Shown: positions 16,905 through 27,241 of the stretch, one piece after another
How positions within the stretch are numbered: position 1 is the first letter of the stretch
Layout of the letters: each line of letters starts with the position of its first letter
Assembly (NCBI GenBank): GCA_041937175.2
Contig: CP166615.1
Span: 1,600,001 to 1,664,000 of the forward strand
Direction of reading: 5' to 3'
DNA from: Limnothrix sp. BL-A-16
Lineage (GTDB): Bacteria; Cyanobacteriota; Cyanobacteriia; CACIAM-69d
DNA: 64,000 nt
Program-made: the position numbers and the translations under genes
Notes under the pieces: generated by a model
Database searches by the model: none
What the model was told of the DNA's origin: nothing
What the model saw: the letters and a program-made list of their open reading frames with translations, nothing else

Positions 16905-18890
16905 GGCAGTCGCAGGCAAACAACGACAATTGCAGTTGATGGTAAACGACCCATCCCAACTTTGGCAGCGTCCTGGCACACGGAAATGCAGCCAGGTTCG
17001 ATCGGCCCAAAATTCCTTCCAAAATTATTTCCAACATCCCTTGCTCCAAAACCTGTCCCTAATCAGTCTCTAACCTGTCCCTAATCGATCCCTAATTTGT
17101 CTCTGGTAGGGTGTTGGGCAATGGCTGCCGGGAATGTATCGCCCCCCTGCCAGCGCCCGATCGCGCTCTTGATCCCGATCGGGGCAAGGAGTTAAAACCC
17201 CTTGTCTGGAATCTGGATCGGTCTTTGTCTGCACTCAATCCGAACGCCGGGATCAGCCAGCCGGGATCAGCCAGCCGGGATCAGTCCTTGCCGGAATGCC
17301 TGACATATGGAGGGCGATCAGGGAAGTTTTCCCCAACTCGCCAGCAAGCACTATTGGGTTCATCACTATTTGTAAGTAAATCGCAACTAAAAAGTCCCAT
17401 TTCCGACCCCTTTATTGCTATAGATCGCGTTTTCTAACAGTTGCGAATTATTTGAACCTATGGGGATCAAACCCATTAGAATCAGATCAGTTAGCGCTAG
17501 ACAACCTAGTTAGTTAACTCCCTTAACCATCGTTTCAAGTTATTTCCTTGTTTCGTAGAGGGCTACATAGATTGTGTGGCTCTGTTCGTTAACCAAAACC
17601 CTAGTGGTTTTGCTGGGCTTGTAACATGCAGCATTGTCATTGATTCTGAATCAGAATCCCCTCGGAAGTCTTAGTTGGCTAAAACAGTAATTAGCCAATT
17701 CGTTAGCCAATTAGTTAGCTCAGCTAAAGCGCAGTTGGTTATCCGTCTTTCGCAGTTGGCTTTTCACGATTTTGCGGTTCGCTGTTTCTCATTGATCGTT
17801 TGATCAGTCAGTTCTTGCTTGTTTTTTGGAACTGCTGGCAACTGAAGACAGGTTTTTTCGGCTTTTCGATCTTGATGATGTTGATGGCTGGCTTGAGTTC
17901 TAATTAACTCGCTGGCTCCGCTGAACATTACGGGTCACCCTTTCGATATCTCAAAGTCTCAAACATTTCGCCTCAAACATTTCTGACGACTTAGGAGGCT
18001 CCCTAATTCCTCTCTGATTGCTGTTTGATTTGGATTTGACTTGCATTTGACGACGATTGATGATGTTGGATTTTGGTTGGGCTTGGTTTGACGAGAACTG
18101 AATTCAGTAATTTTCAGTCTCAAAGATTCAGTCGGTCTGAATTCGCCTAATACCAAGCCCCCATTCCACCATCCAATTCTCAAGTATCGGCCATGAGCAT
18201 GGTGATCTGAGGCTCAAAACAAGACCGGAAACGGCCATGTCGGCAACCGCTGGAGCACTGTCCTAGCAATCGCCAGCCCAAGCATTGGCCTCGATTTGGT
18301 CAAAGGATTTGGGTCGCCTGTGTCGGTTGCAAGCCTGCCCATGGCAACGTTTATTGCTGATGTTTCTGAGGTTTTTGAACGTTTCTTGCCAGAAGCTTTC
18401 TTGTCGAAGGCTTGCTGTTGAATTCCGAACTGTTTCCATTGTCGAATTGCGTCCAATTATTTCAATTGAATTTTCAATTGAATTCTGAAGGTTCATTCCA
18501 TTAGCTGAATTGGCCGAGTAAGTCGGTTGAACATTGGCGAGTTTGCTAGATCAAATCTCGAACGTCAAATCTCTAGCTTTGGTGAAAAACTGAATCCCGA
18601 TCGAAGAATCCTGATCGAAATGGGATCGATATTGATCGAGTTCGGGTTGGGCCCTTGAGTCCTGCCCGAACACTAACCGGATGCTGATTGAACATTAGCT
18701 GATCAAATCGGGGCTTTAAGTCCTGAAGAATTGCTAATTGTACATTGGCTAATTGAACACTGATCGAACGCTGATCAAACATTGCTTGGATAATGGATCA
18801 AAGAGCCACCCCCATGGGGTGGTTTCTTTTTGGGATGATTTGCTGGGAGATGATTTTTGGGGAATTGGCCACAGCTTAATAAAGGAGAAA

Positions 18891-20495
18891 TTAGGAGTTA
18901 AGAGAGGTGCGATCGGGCGGCTTTGGTTGCGGCGAAATGTCTTGGGCGATCGGTTGCACCACTTTTGCGATCGCCTGTTGCACAAACCGTTTCACAAACT
19001 GATCGCGTTGCTCTAGCTGAAACTGTTTTTTGACCACTTCGCTAATACCGCCATCGCCCCAATCTTGATCGTGGCGAAAATATTCAATGAAACTGCGGCC
19101 GGCAATGCGGGTTAAATAGGCCGCCGTCACCGCTTGAATGGCTCGGCTGATGATTGCGGTGGCGATGTTCACCTGGAGCGCGGCCGTCAAAATTCCCATG
19201 GCTCCTTTGACGATGCCCAAGCCGGTCATGGTTTTGGCGAGGGACAGGGCCAACTCCTGCGCCCGATCGCCACTTAAGTTGCAGCCATAGACCTTGCCCA
19301 ACTCCAAAATCATCTGGGCATTGACCGCCGCCGTGGCCAACAAATCCACTACCGGAATCGGTGTGACGGCCACGGCCCCCGCCCCCAGCCACTGGTAACG
19401 ATCGACCACGGCTTCGGCCTGTCGTCGCCGCTGGGCATCAATCAGTTGGCGGGCCCGATCGCTCAATCGCTGGGCTTGCAGCAACATATTGTCTGCGATC
19501 AGTTCTTCCCCTTCGGCCCGCAACACCGCCACGATCCGCCGAATCAGGGGCATAATTTCCGGGTCGGGGGTCAGGGTTTCCCCGTTGGGCAACTGCACCG
19601 CCGCCGGCCGCGCCGCGATCGGGACAATATCCGCCGTGGGGAGCTGTTCTGCCAACCGTTCCCGCAACTTGGCCAAAATTGCCGTGCGATCGGCCTCGGG
19701 GTAGCGATCGGTTTTGTTGAAGGCCAGCAGCGATCGCTTCCCGATCGCCAATAACTGTTGCAGTGGCTCCAATTCCGACTGCTGCAAGTCGCCTTCCACC
19801 ACAAAAATCAGCAAGTCTGCTTCCGCCGCCAGCCGCCGAGCTAGGCGATCGCGCTGGGTTCCCGCCACCCCTGCTTCCAAAATGCCCGGCGTGTCGGTAA
19901 TCAACACGGCGCGATCGATCTCGGACAGTGCCAGGCGATAGGTTTCGCCCTCTTCTGTTGTGCCCATGGTGGGGCCGACGGTTCCGGCCACCCGTCCCAG
20001 CAGGGCATTCACCAAGGAGGTTTTGCCCGCTGACCCCGTGCCAAACACCACCAACAGCAACTCGCCCCGGGCCAAGCTGCTTTCAATTTCGCGCGATCGA
20101 TCCAATAGGGCCTGCCGTGCCACCCGATCGCGAATTAAATCCACCTGGGCCCGCACGGCTTCCAGCGCCGCGCCGGCCGCTTCGGTTTTCACTTCGGAAA
20201 CAGTGGGGCTGGGTTCCGGCGGAGTGGGGGGCGTTTGTCCGGTGATCGATCGCTGGGTCACCTGCCAGAGCGATCGCCAATCTTGGGGCCAATCCAGAGG
20301 CCGCACATACCGAAAAAACGCCACCAGCAGGGCCCCCAACAGGGCCAAGGTCAGCACCACGACCACCGGCCCCAAAAACGGAGCCGTCCAACTCACCTGC
20401 CAGTAGAGTTGTTGCAGGGCACTGACGAGCCACAGCACTAGCGCCAAGATGACGCAAAGCCCCGTCAGGACAACAATAAAGCGAGTTAGGGTCAT
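18891..20495 (-). CDS. YcjF/DUF697 family GTP-binding membrane protein
   Basis: GTGSAGKTS, DTPG, NKTD, PIPVVDLL. Confidence 0.88.
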   Translation of the reverse strand: MTLTRFIVVLTGLCVILALVLWLVSALQQLYWQVSWTAPFLGPVVVVLTLALLGALLVAFFRYVRPLDWPQDWRSLWQVTQRSITGQTPPTPPEPSPTVSEVKTEAAGAALEAVRAQVDLIRDRVARQALLDRSREIESSLARGELLLVVFGTGSAGKTSLVNALLGRVAGTVGPTMGTTEEGETYRLALSEIDRAVLITDTPGILEAGVAGTQRDRLARRLAAEADLLIFVVEGDLQQSELEPLQQLLAIGKRSLLAFNKTDRYPEADRTAILAKLRERLAEQLPTADIVPIAARPAAVQLPNGETLTPDPEIMPLIRRIVAVLRAEGEELIADNMLLQAQRLSDRARQLIDAQRRRQAEAVVDRYQWLGAGAVAVTPIPVVDLLATAAVNAQMILELGKVYGCNLSGDRAQELALSLAKTMTGLGIVKGAMGILTAALQVNIATAIISRAIQAVTAAYLTRIAGRSFIEYFRHDQDWGDGGISEVVKKQFQLEQRDQFVKRFVQQAIAKVVQPIAQDISPQPKPPDRTSLNS

Positions 20496-20650
20496 AAATA
20501 CTGAATCATGAATACTTGACGATATAGATGGATGCTGAATAAAGTGTGGAAAACTTAAGTTTGAATTCACACGTTAAGAAAAAATACCTTATTCAAGTAT
20601 CACATTCTATGTCAAGCTAATCAGTCGCAAGGTTAGGTGAAATCAATTCA

Positions 20651-21385
20651 ATGAATAAAATTACAGAGGCTTTGAATCTATTCAAGTCTAACATCAAATT
20701 ATTTAGCGCTATTGTCCTCACGGTCTGGCTACCGGGTTCGCTCATTTGCAGCTATTTTGACTTCTACGTTTTTCCAGAATGGGCTAATGGTGATGAGATG
20801 AGTTTTCTAAAATACTCAATGCGTCTCTCAAGCACCATTGAATTTATTGTCAGGCCCATCTACATTGGCGGATTATTCTATGGAGCATCTCAATTCCAAA
20901 AAGGCTTGGCAGTTAGCTACCAACAAGCGATGACCTATTCCTTTCGTAGGAGCTTTAAGATGCTTGCGACAAGTATGATGACAAATTTAATTATTTTGGG
21001 AGGAACAGTTTTATTGATTATTCCCGGCGTGATTTTAGCACTGCGCTTTGCACTAGTAGATCCAGTTGTTGTTTTGGAAGGAACCGCTGGCTCTCAGGCT
21101 AGGCAACGCAGCACCCAGTTAACTCAAGGAAGGCGATGGAGAATTGCTGGAACTATGGTATTGAGCGGTTTAGTTACAATTCTACTTATGGGCATTGTTT
21201 CTCTGGTAATTTACATTCCTTCTGGATTGATGGGACTGGGAGAAAGTTTCATCATCCATGTCATTATTACGGTGCTGACTAATATTATTGCTATTCTTCC
21301 TTATCTAGTGATTTTCTGTTTTTATTGGGAGAGTGCAGAACCCATCAATAAGGTCAACAAAATTAAAATCTCTCGCTATCTCTAG
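20651..21385 (+). CDS. hypothetical multi-pass membrane protein (AT-rich)
   Basis: LLIIPG....RF...PVVVLEG...RS.QLT.G.RW pattern. Confidence 0.75.
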   Translation: MNKITEALNLFKSNIKLFSAIVLTVWLPGSLICSYFDFYVFPEWANGDEMSFLKYSMRLSSTIEFIVRPIYIGGLFYGASQFQKGLAVSYQQAMTYSFRRSFKMLATSMMTNLIILGGTVLLIIPGVILALRFALVDPVVVLEGTAGSQARQRSTQLTQGRRWRIAGTMVLSGLVTILLMGIVSLVIYIPSGLMGLGESFIIHVIITVLTNIIAILPYLVIFCFYWESAEPINKVNKIKISRYL

Positions 21386-21540
21386 TTTTCTAGCCTGAAT
21401 TCCTATTCAATCCTGGCGGCGATCGACCATGGCATTCAGCAGGCGATCGCCCAAACAGTCGAGCCGCTGCAAAGCCAGATTACCGGTTTACAAACCGAGA
21501 TGCAGCAGGTCATTGAAATGATTGAGGGGATGCAAAAAAG

Positions 21541-22053
21541 CTAGTCGCTCTGCTTGGGAATCAGATAAATTGCGCCAGAGATTATGGTTAGGGCCACAGA
21601 AACCCAAAAGAGACCGATCGCCCAAAGGGAGTAACCATCCATCACTGGGGCTAGTAGCAGGGCGATCGCGGCAATTTGGCTGACGGTTTTCAGTTTGCCC
21701 CAGAGGTTTGCGCCGGAAATGCTGGTTTGGTTCACGCGCCAACCCGCGATCGTCAGCTCCCGCGCCAAAATCACAAAAACGCCCCAAGCCGGAATCCGTC
21801 CCAGCTCCACCAACAGCAGCAAGGGAGCCAAAACCAGCAACTTATCCACCAACGGATCCAAAAATTTGCCCAAGTCCGTCACTTGGTTCAGCTTGCGGGC
21901 CAAATATCCATCCAGCCAGTCCGTGCCCGCAGCCAACAAAAACACACCCAATGCCCACCAGCGATCGGCTGTGGTGGGTTCGCCGCTGAGCCACCACAAC
22001 AATAGGGGCACTGCTGCCAACCGCGACACGGTGATCCAAGTGGGCAAATTCAC
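21541..22053 (-). CDS. pgsA: CDP-diacylglycerol--glycerol-3-phosphate 3-phosphatidyltransferase
   Basis: TDWLDGYLAR...GKFLDPLVDK; GTG start overlaps the upstream stop. Confidence 0.95.
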   Translation of the reverse strand: MNLPTWITVSRLAAVPLLLWWLSGEPTTADRWWALGVFLLAAGTDWLDGYLARKLNQVTDLGKFLDPLVDKLLVLAPLLLLVELGRIPAWGVFVILARELTIAGWRVNQTSISGANLWGKLKTVSQIAAIALLLAPVMDGYSLWAIGLFWVSVALTIISGAIYLIPKQSD

Positions 22054-23588
22054 GGCTGTTTCTCCAATGCTTGGGTTTGGTGACGAGCAACGGTGAGCAG
22101 ACCATCGGCCAGGCTGGCTCCATTCACTCCCAAAATCGATCGCTCCTGTACGGCTTGAATACCTGCTTGGGCGTGCCACCAGGCGGCCGTGGCGGCCCAG
22201 TAGCCCCAATCGGTGAGGCTGGTGGGGCGAGCTTGGGCGACCAAGCCCCCCAGTAATCCGGCCAAAACATCGCCGCTGCCACCCCGAGCTAAACCGGGGG
22301 TGCTTTCGGGTACCATCCAGCTTTGGCCGCCGGGTTCGGCCACCACGGTGCGGGCCCCTTTCAACAGGACGATCGCCCCGGTTTGTTGGGCCGCCCGTTG
22401 GGCCAGTTCCAGTCGATCGCTGGTTTGGGCAACCAAGTTGGGAAACAGCCGCTGAAATTCTCCCCAGTGGGGGGTGAGAACGACGGGGCCTTGACGATCG
22501 CGCCAACCCAGTTGGGCCAGGGCGTTCAAGCCGTCCGCATCCAACACCAAGGGCCGATCACTCTCCCAGACCGCTTGCACAATCGGGGTGGCTTCTCGGG
22601 TGAGGCCACAACCACAGGCGATCGCGTCGTAGCGGGCGAGATCTAGATCAACGCGGGCAATTTTGCCCATATCCGTTTCGGGACAGGCCACCACGAGGGC
22701 TTCGGGAATTTGGGCCACCAACCAAGGTTTGAGACTGGCGGGCACGGCAACGGTTAACATGCCCACGCCGCTCGATCGGGCCCCCAAGGCGGCCAGGAAC
22801 GCGGCTCCCATATAAACAGCGGAACCCGCCACCACTAGCAAGTGACCTTGCTCGTATTTGTGGGTGGCGGGCGATCGGTTCAGGGGTAATTGGACGAGGT
22901 GGGCGGTGATTCGGTTCAGTTGGGGGTCTGGGCCCAGGATGGCTTGAATGTCGGCTAGGGGCAGGTCAAAGTCAATCAGTTCCGCTTGGCCCACCCAATC
23001 CAGGGCCCGATCGAGCAGCAGTCCCCGTTTCCAGAGGCCCAAACAGAGGGTGAGGGTCGATCGAATCGCTTTACCCAAGACTGCGCCGCTGTCGGTGTGG
23101 AGGCCGGAGGGAAGGTCAATGCTAACGATCGGTTTGCCGCTGTTGTTCACTTGCTCGATCGCTTCGGCCAAGGCTCCCTCGATCGGCCGTTCCAACCCAA
23201 AGCCAAACAACCCATCCACCAGCCAATCGGCCGCCAAAACGGGGGCTAGATCAGGGCTGACCTCAATGCCTAAGCTGGCGGCGTATTGGGCATGGCGATC
23301 GGTCAGTTCCTTGCGTCGCTCAAAGGGCAAGTAAACGGAAACTTGATAGCCGCGCAGGTGCAACTCCCGGGCCACCACCAGAGCATCGCCGCCGTTGTGG
23401 CCAGGGCCGGCCAAAATTCCCACCCGGGGCCCTTGGGTGATCGAGCGCCAAGCCAGGACTCGCTGGGTAATGAGTCCGGCCACTTTTTCCATCAAGGCTG
23501 CGACGGGCATTCCCGCCGCAAACACCCGAGACTCGATCGCCTGCATTTGGGCCGCCGTGACGACGTAGCGATCGCGCATTTCCCCCAT
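22050..23588 (-). CDS. nnr: bifunctional NAD(P)H-hydrate epimerase/dehydratase
   Basis: GPGHNGGD, DLPSG, LTPH.GE, GGSGDVL. Confidence 0.92.
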   Translation of the reverse strand: MGEMRDRYVVTAAQMQAIESRVFAAGMPVAALMEKVAGLITQRVLAWRSITQGPRVGILAGPGHNGGDALVVARELHLRGYQVSVYLPFERRKELTDRHAQYAASLGIEVSPDLAPVLAADWLVDGLFGFGLERPIEGALAEAIEQVNNSGKPIVSIDLPSGLHTDSGAVLGKAIRSTLTLCLGLWKRGLLLDRALDWVGQAELIDFDLPLADIQAILGPDPQLNRITAHLVQLPLNRSPATHKYEQGHLLVVAGSAVYMGAAFLAALGARSSGVGMLTVAVPASLKPWLVAQIPEALVVACPETDMGKIARVDLDLARYDAIACGCGLTREATPIVQAVWESDRPLVLDADGLNALAQLGWRDRQGPVVLTPHWGEFQRLFPNLVAQTSDRLELAQRAAQQTGAIVLLKGARTVVAEPGGQSWMVPESTPGLARGGSGDVLAGLLGGLVAQARPTSLTDWGYWAATAAWWHAQAGIQAVQERSILGVNGASLADGLLTVARHQTQALEKQP

Positions 23589-23850
23589 TGGCCCGTTTGA
23601 CGGTTGCACACCAAGCCTCCTCAAAACCATGCCTTCTCAAAACCACGGAGCAGGGCCGGCCAACTCATGCCAGACCCGATCGTACAGGATCGAGCGGCTA
23701 GGGATAGCGCAGGCTCAATCCTGTTAATAAATGGCTTTGCTGCAAAAAATTAGCCCCATCGGGTATTTTGCGCCAAGAATCCCGGTTTTAGGGCAAATTT
23801 CGGGGCTGACGTTGGCGCTGGGTGTTTTGGGTCGGCTCTAGGGGCTGATG

Positions 23851-24180
23851 CTATTGACCATCGCCTGATGCGTCGTGGTTGGCCTGTTGCGCTTCTTTAA
23901 TCATGTCTACCAAAACATGATGGGCGGCCTTGGCATCGGCCAAAGGCGCTTTGAATTCGATGCGCAGGGGCTGGAGATGGCCGTCCACTTCCACAGCTAA
24001 GTCCATGCCCACTGAATCGATCGACCGCATTCGGGCGCTGGTGGCCGTCGTGATCTGGCCGAAATATTGGGCATAGACCAACACCGCGTCGGCGTGGTCA
24101 TCGTTCATATGCTTACAGATGCGATCGCTCACTTGGGTCGTGAACGGATTTTCGGGGGTTGTGGTTACCGAGTCGCTCAT
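23851..24180 (-). CDS. DUF2470 domain protein
   Basis: RICKHMNDDHADA motif. Confidence 0.88.
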   Translation of the reverse strand: MSDSVTTTPENPFTTQVSDRICKHMNDDHADAVLVYAQYFGQITTATSARMRSIDSVGMDLAVEVDGHLQPLRIEFKAPLADAKAAHHVLVDMIKEAQQANHDASGDGQ

Positions 24181-24214
24181 GGTTCTGATCTGAATGGTTT
24201 TAAATCGATTAGCC

Positions 24215-24715
24215 CGAAACCCACAATCTGCCGTTAGCAGATCGGAGGGGACAAGGGGCTTAGGGGCTGTCGTCAAATCGCCTGAAACCCTGATTTTGCC
24301 GTTAGCGGATCGTGGGGGGCAAGGGGCTTAAGCCCCTTGTTACGACAGTTGAGGTAGGGAAAATTAACTGTTAGCAGATCGGAGGGGACAAGGGGCTTGG
24401 GGGCTGTCGTCAAATCGCCTGAAACCCTGATTTTGCCGTTAGCGGATCGTGGGGGGCAAGGGGCTTAAGCCCCTTGTTACGACAGTTGAGGTAGGGAAAA
24501 TCAACTGCTTCAGCCTCGCATCGAGAGACATGCAGCTTGCCTCCAGGAAACAACGACGGGCCCTAAGAGGATGTCTGAGAAGTATCTTGCAGTACGGGCT
24601 AAAGGTTAATTGTCGTGGGGGGCAAGGGGCTTAAGCCCCTTGTCTACATCGATCGCTGGGGCGTACAGAGTAGCAATTTTGGTTTTTCAGACATCCATCC
24701 TCTAAGCCCTTTGTC
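24215..24715. mobile_element. nested MITE cluster: MITE-A (24263-24563, with 137-bp tandem duplication) and MITE-B (24567-24702) inside a split REP
   Basis: acaaggggctta|ggggctgtcgtca...acgacgggccc|taa|gaggatgtctg...cagacatccatcctc|taagccctttg. Confidence 0.8.
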
Positions 24716-24736
24716 TTTGTCCTCGCCAGGCTTTTC

Positions 24737-25702
24737 CTATTCAACCATTTCTGCCACCACGTCTCGGAGGGTTTGGGTCAGCGATCGGGGTTGCCAGCCC
24801 AGCTCTTGACGGGCTTTGGTGGCATCCACTCGCACGCAGCGATCGTAGATGTAGCGCACTCGCTCGCGGCTGAGGGGCGGTTGCCAGCGAAATAGCCGCC
24901 CGATCGGGTCAAGAATCGTCCCCAAAATTCGCACCAACCAAGCGGGCACTTCTTTGGGGGGAGGGATTTCAGCCGTCTCGCCCACCATCCGAAACATTTC
25001 TCGGGTGGGACATTCTCCGGCTGAGAGGATATACCAGCCGCCCGCTGTGCCCCGTTCGGCTGCCAAAATCATGCCCGCCACCAGGTCATCCACATGCACA
25101 ATTCCGGTGGGGCGATCGCCCCCGACCCAGAAGGGCAGTTTCCCGCGCAAAAACTGGCGCAGGACGGGGCCAAAGTGTGGATCATCACCACCAAAAATGC
25201 CGGAGGGCATGACGCTGATGGCGGCCAGTCCGTTTTCGGCCGCGCGATCGACCAGCACTTGGGCTTCATATTTGGTGTGGTCGTAGGCGGAATCAAACTG
25301 AGCCTGCACCCGTTGGAATGTTTCGTCCACCACCTGGCCAAAGGTGTGGCCAAACACCCCGATCGTGCTGCAATAAACCAACCGTTTCACCCCAGCGGCC
25401 TGGGCCGCCGCCAGCACCTGGCGGGTTCCTTCCACGTTGGTTTGCCACATTTTTTCGCTGTCCACCAGGCCCAATTCCACATAGGCCGCCGTGTGAAACA
25501 CCCAGTCCGCTTCGGCCATTCCCTGGGCCAGGGCTGCGGGCTGCTGAAGGTCGCCTTCAATGATTTCAATGGGCAGGCCGGCCAGGCGCGATCGATCCGC
25601 CCGGGGCCGCACCAGGGCCACCACCCGATCGCCCCGTTGCACCAGGGCCCGCACCAAATGAGACCCGGTAAATCCCGTTGCACCGGTCACAAATACCCGC
25701 AC
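24737..25702 (-). CDS. NAD-dependent epimerase/dehydratase (extended SDR)
   Basis: TGATGFTG, YDHTK. Confidence 0.9.
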   Translation of the reverse strand: MRVFVTGATGFTGSHLVRALVQRGDRVVALVRPRADRSRLAGLPIEIIEGDLQQPAALAQGMAEADWVFHTAAYVELGLVDSEKMWQTNVEGTRQVLAAAQAAGVKRLVYCSTIGVFGHTFGQVVDETFQRVQAQFDSAYDHTKYEAQVLVDRAAENGLAAISVMPSGIFGGDDPHFGPVLRQFLRGKLPFWVGGDRPTGIVHVDDLVAGMILAAERGTAGGWYILSAGECPTREMFRMVGETAEIPPPKEVPAWLVRILGTILDPIGRLFRWQPPLSRERVRYIYDRCVRVDATKARQELGWQPRSLTQTLRDVVAEMVE

Positions 25703-25715
25703 GATCGCCCCCTTT

Positions 25716-26348
25716 CTAGCCCAATGGTGTGGATTTGCGATTTTCGAGCCACAGGGACACGGCCACCACCAGCCCGATCGCCAGCAGCGCCACCCAGGTG
25801 AACTGACTGGCCCAGCTCATCAGGGTTTCCAAGGACACCAACCGCCCGCAGAAGTAGGCCGCTGTGACCGTGACTCCGGCCCAAACGGCGGCCCCGGCTG
25901 CGTTATAGGCTAAAAATTTGCCATAGGGCATTTCCACCAAGCCCGCCATCGGGCCCGCAAAAATCCGCAGCAGGGCCACGAACCGGCCCCAAAACACAGC
26001 CTTACCGGCATTGTTGCTAAATTGCTCGCGAGCGCCTTCCAGCTTCTCTTCGCCAATCCGAAAGAGTTTGCCCAACCGCACCAACAGCGACCAACCGCCC
26101 CAGCGGCCCAGCCAGTAGCCCAGGTTATCGCCCAAAATTGCGCCGCCGATGGCTGTTCCCAGAACGCCGCCATAGCTCAGTTCGCCACTGCCCGCCAAAA
26201 AACCGCCCACAAGGGTGATGGTTTCGCCCGGCAGGGGGATACCGGCGTTTTCCAGGGCAATTCCCAGGAATACGGCCCAGTAGCCATATTCTTGCGCGAG
26301 CGCTTCGATAGTTTCGAGCGTGATCAGCTCGGGAATCAAAGCGAGCAT
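25716..26348 (-). CDS. DedA family membrane protein
   Basis: ENAGIPLPGE, GDNLGYWLGR, GRFVALLR. Confidence 0.93.
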   Translation of the reverse strand: MLALIPELITLETIEALAQEYGYWAVFLGIALENAGIPLPGETITLVGGFLAGSGELSYGGVLGTAIGGAILGDNLGYWLGRWGGWSLLVRLGKLFRIGEEKLEGAREQFSNNAGKAVFWGRFVALLRIFAGPMAGLVEMPYGKFLAYNAAGAAVWAGVTVTAAYFCGRLVSLETLMSWASQFTWVALLAIGLVVAVSLWLENRKSTPLG

Positions 26349-26549
26349 GGAGGAGGATAGGGGTGGTGTAAAACTTTGTTAACTCATTCTAAACGGCGGG
26401 TTGGCGATCGCGGCCATGGGGTGACGAAGTTTTGGGTGGTTGGGGCGAATTGGCACCCGATCGCCCGGGGCCGGCAATTCAAAATAGCCAGTGATAGCCA
26501 AGTCAGGGCAGCCAGTTCAAGACAGCCAATTCAGGACAGCAACCAACGC

Positions 26550-27164
26550 ATGGAACCAGCGCATTACTCAGAACGGGATTCGGAGCCTCGGGGGACGCGA
26601 TCGCCCCGGTCCTATTTGGATGCGATCGCCTATGGCCAGGCCCTGAGCGCTTTGGTGATTACCTGTGTGGATTTGTTGTTCTGTGAGGGCGATCGACGGC
26701 TTTTGGGCTTTCGACGACGGCCGCCCCGGGTGGGCTGGTGGTTGGTGGGCGGGCGAATGTTTCCCGGCGAAAGTCCCCAAAGCACTGCCATCCGCAAGGC
26801 CAAGGAGGAAGCTGGCCTAGAAATTTTGCCCGGCCAGTTGCAGTGGATTGGAGCCTATTCCACGGAATTTGCGGAGCGATCGCAGCCACCGGCCGAGGAA
26901 GGGTTGCACAGTGTGAATCTAACCTTTGCCGTGAGGCTGACGGCGGCCCAGGCGGCCCAGGTACAACTCAGTGAGGATGAATATTCTGAATGGGCTTGGG
27001 TGCGATCGGGTGAGTTGCCCCAGTGGGTGACGGGCAATGGGCCGATGGATGAAGCCCTATTGGCGATCGGGCGGGCTTACGATCGGTTGGGCAGTAATTT
27101 AATGGGCAACGGTTCGATCGATCTTGATTCAGATCAAGATCGATCCGATGAAAGGCCTGATTGA
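26550..27164 (+). CDS. NUDIX hydrolase (GDP-mannose mannosyl hydrolase-like)
   Basis: WWLVGGRMFPGE...RKAKEEAG. Confidence 0.8.
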   Translation: MEPAHYSERDSEPRGTRSPRSYLDAIAYGQALSALVITCVDLLFCEGDRRLLGFRRRPPRVGWWLVGGRMFPGESPQSTAIRKAKEEAGLEILPGQLQWIGAYSTEFAERSQPPAEEGLHSVNLTFAVRLTAAQAAQVQLSEDEYSEWAWVRSGELPQWVTGNGPMDEALLAIGRAYDRLGSNLMGNGSIDLDSDQDRSDERPD

Positions 27165-27241
27165 GATTTCGATTAACTTCTAATTTCGATCAATATATTG
27201 AAGTCCATTCCAATTGCCGACCTTGATTCGGAATCCCCAAC

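Noticed and set aside
21541..22506. 321-aa extended PgsA
   Set aside because: The extension overlaps nnr; the real start is the GTG at 22053.
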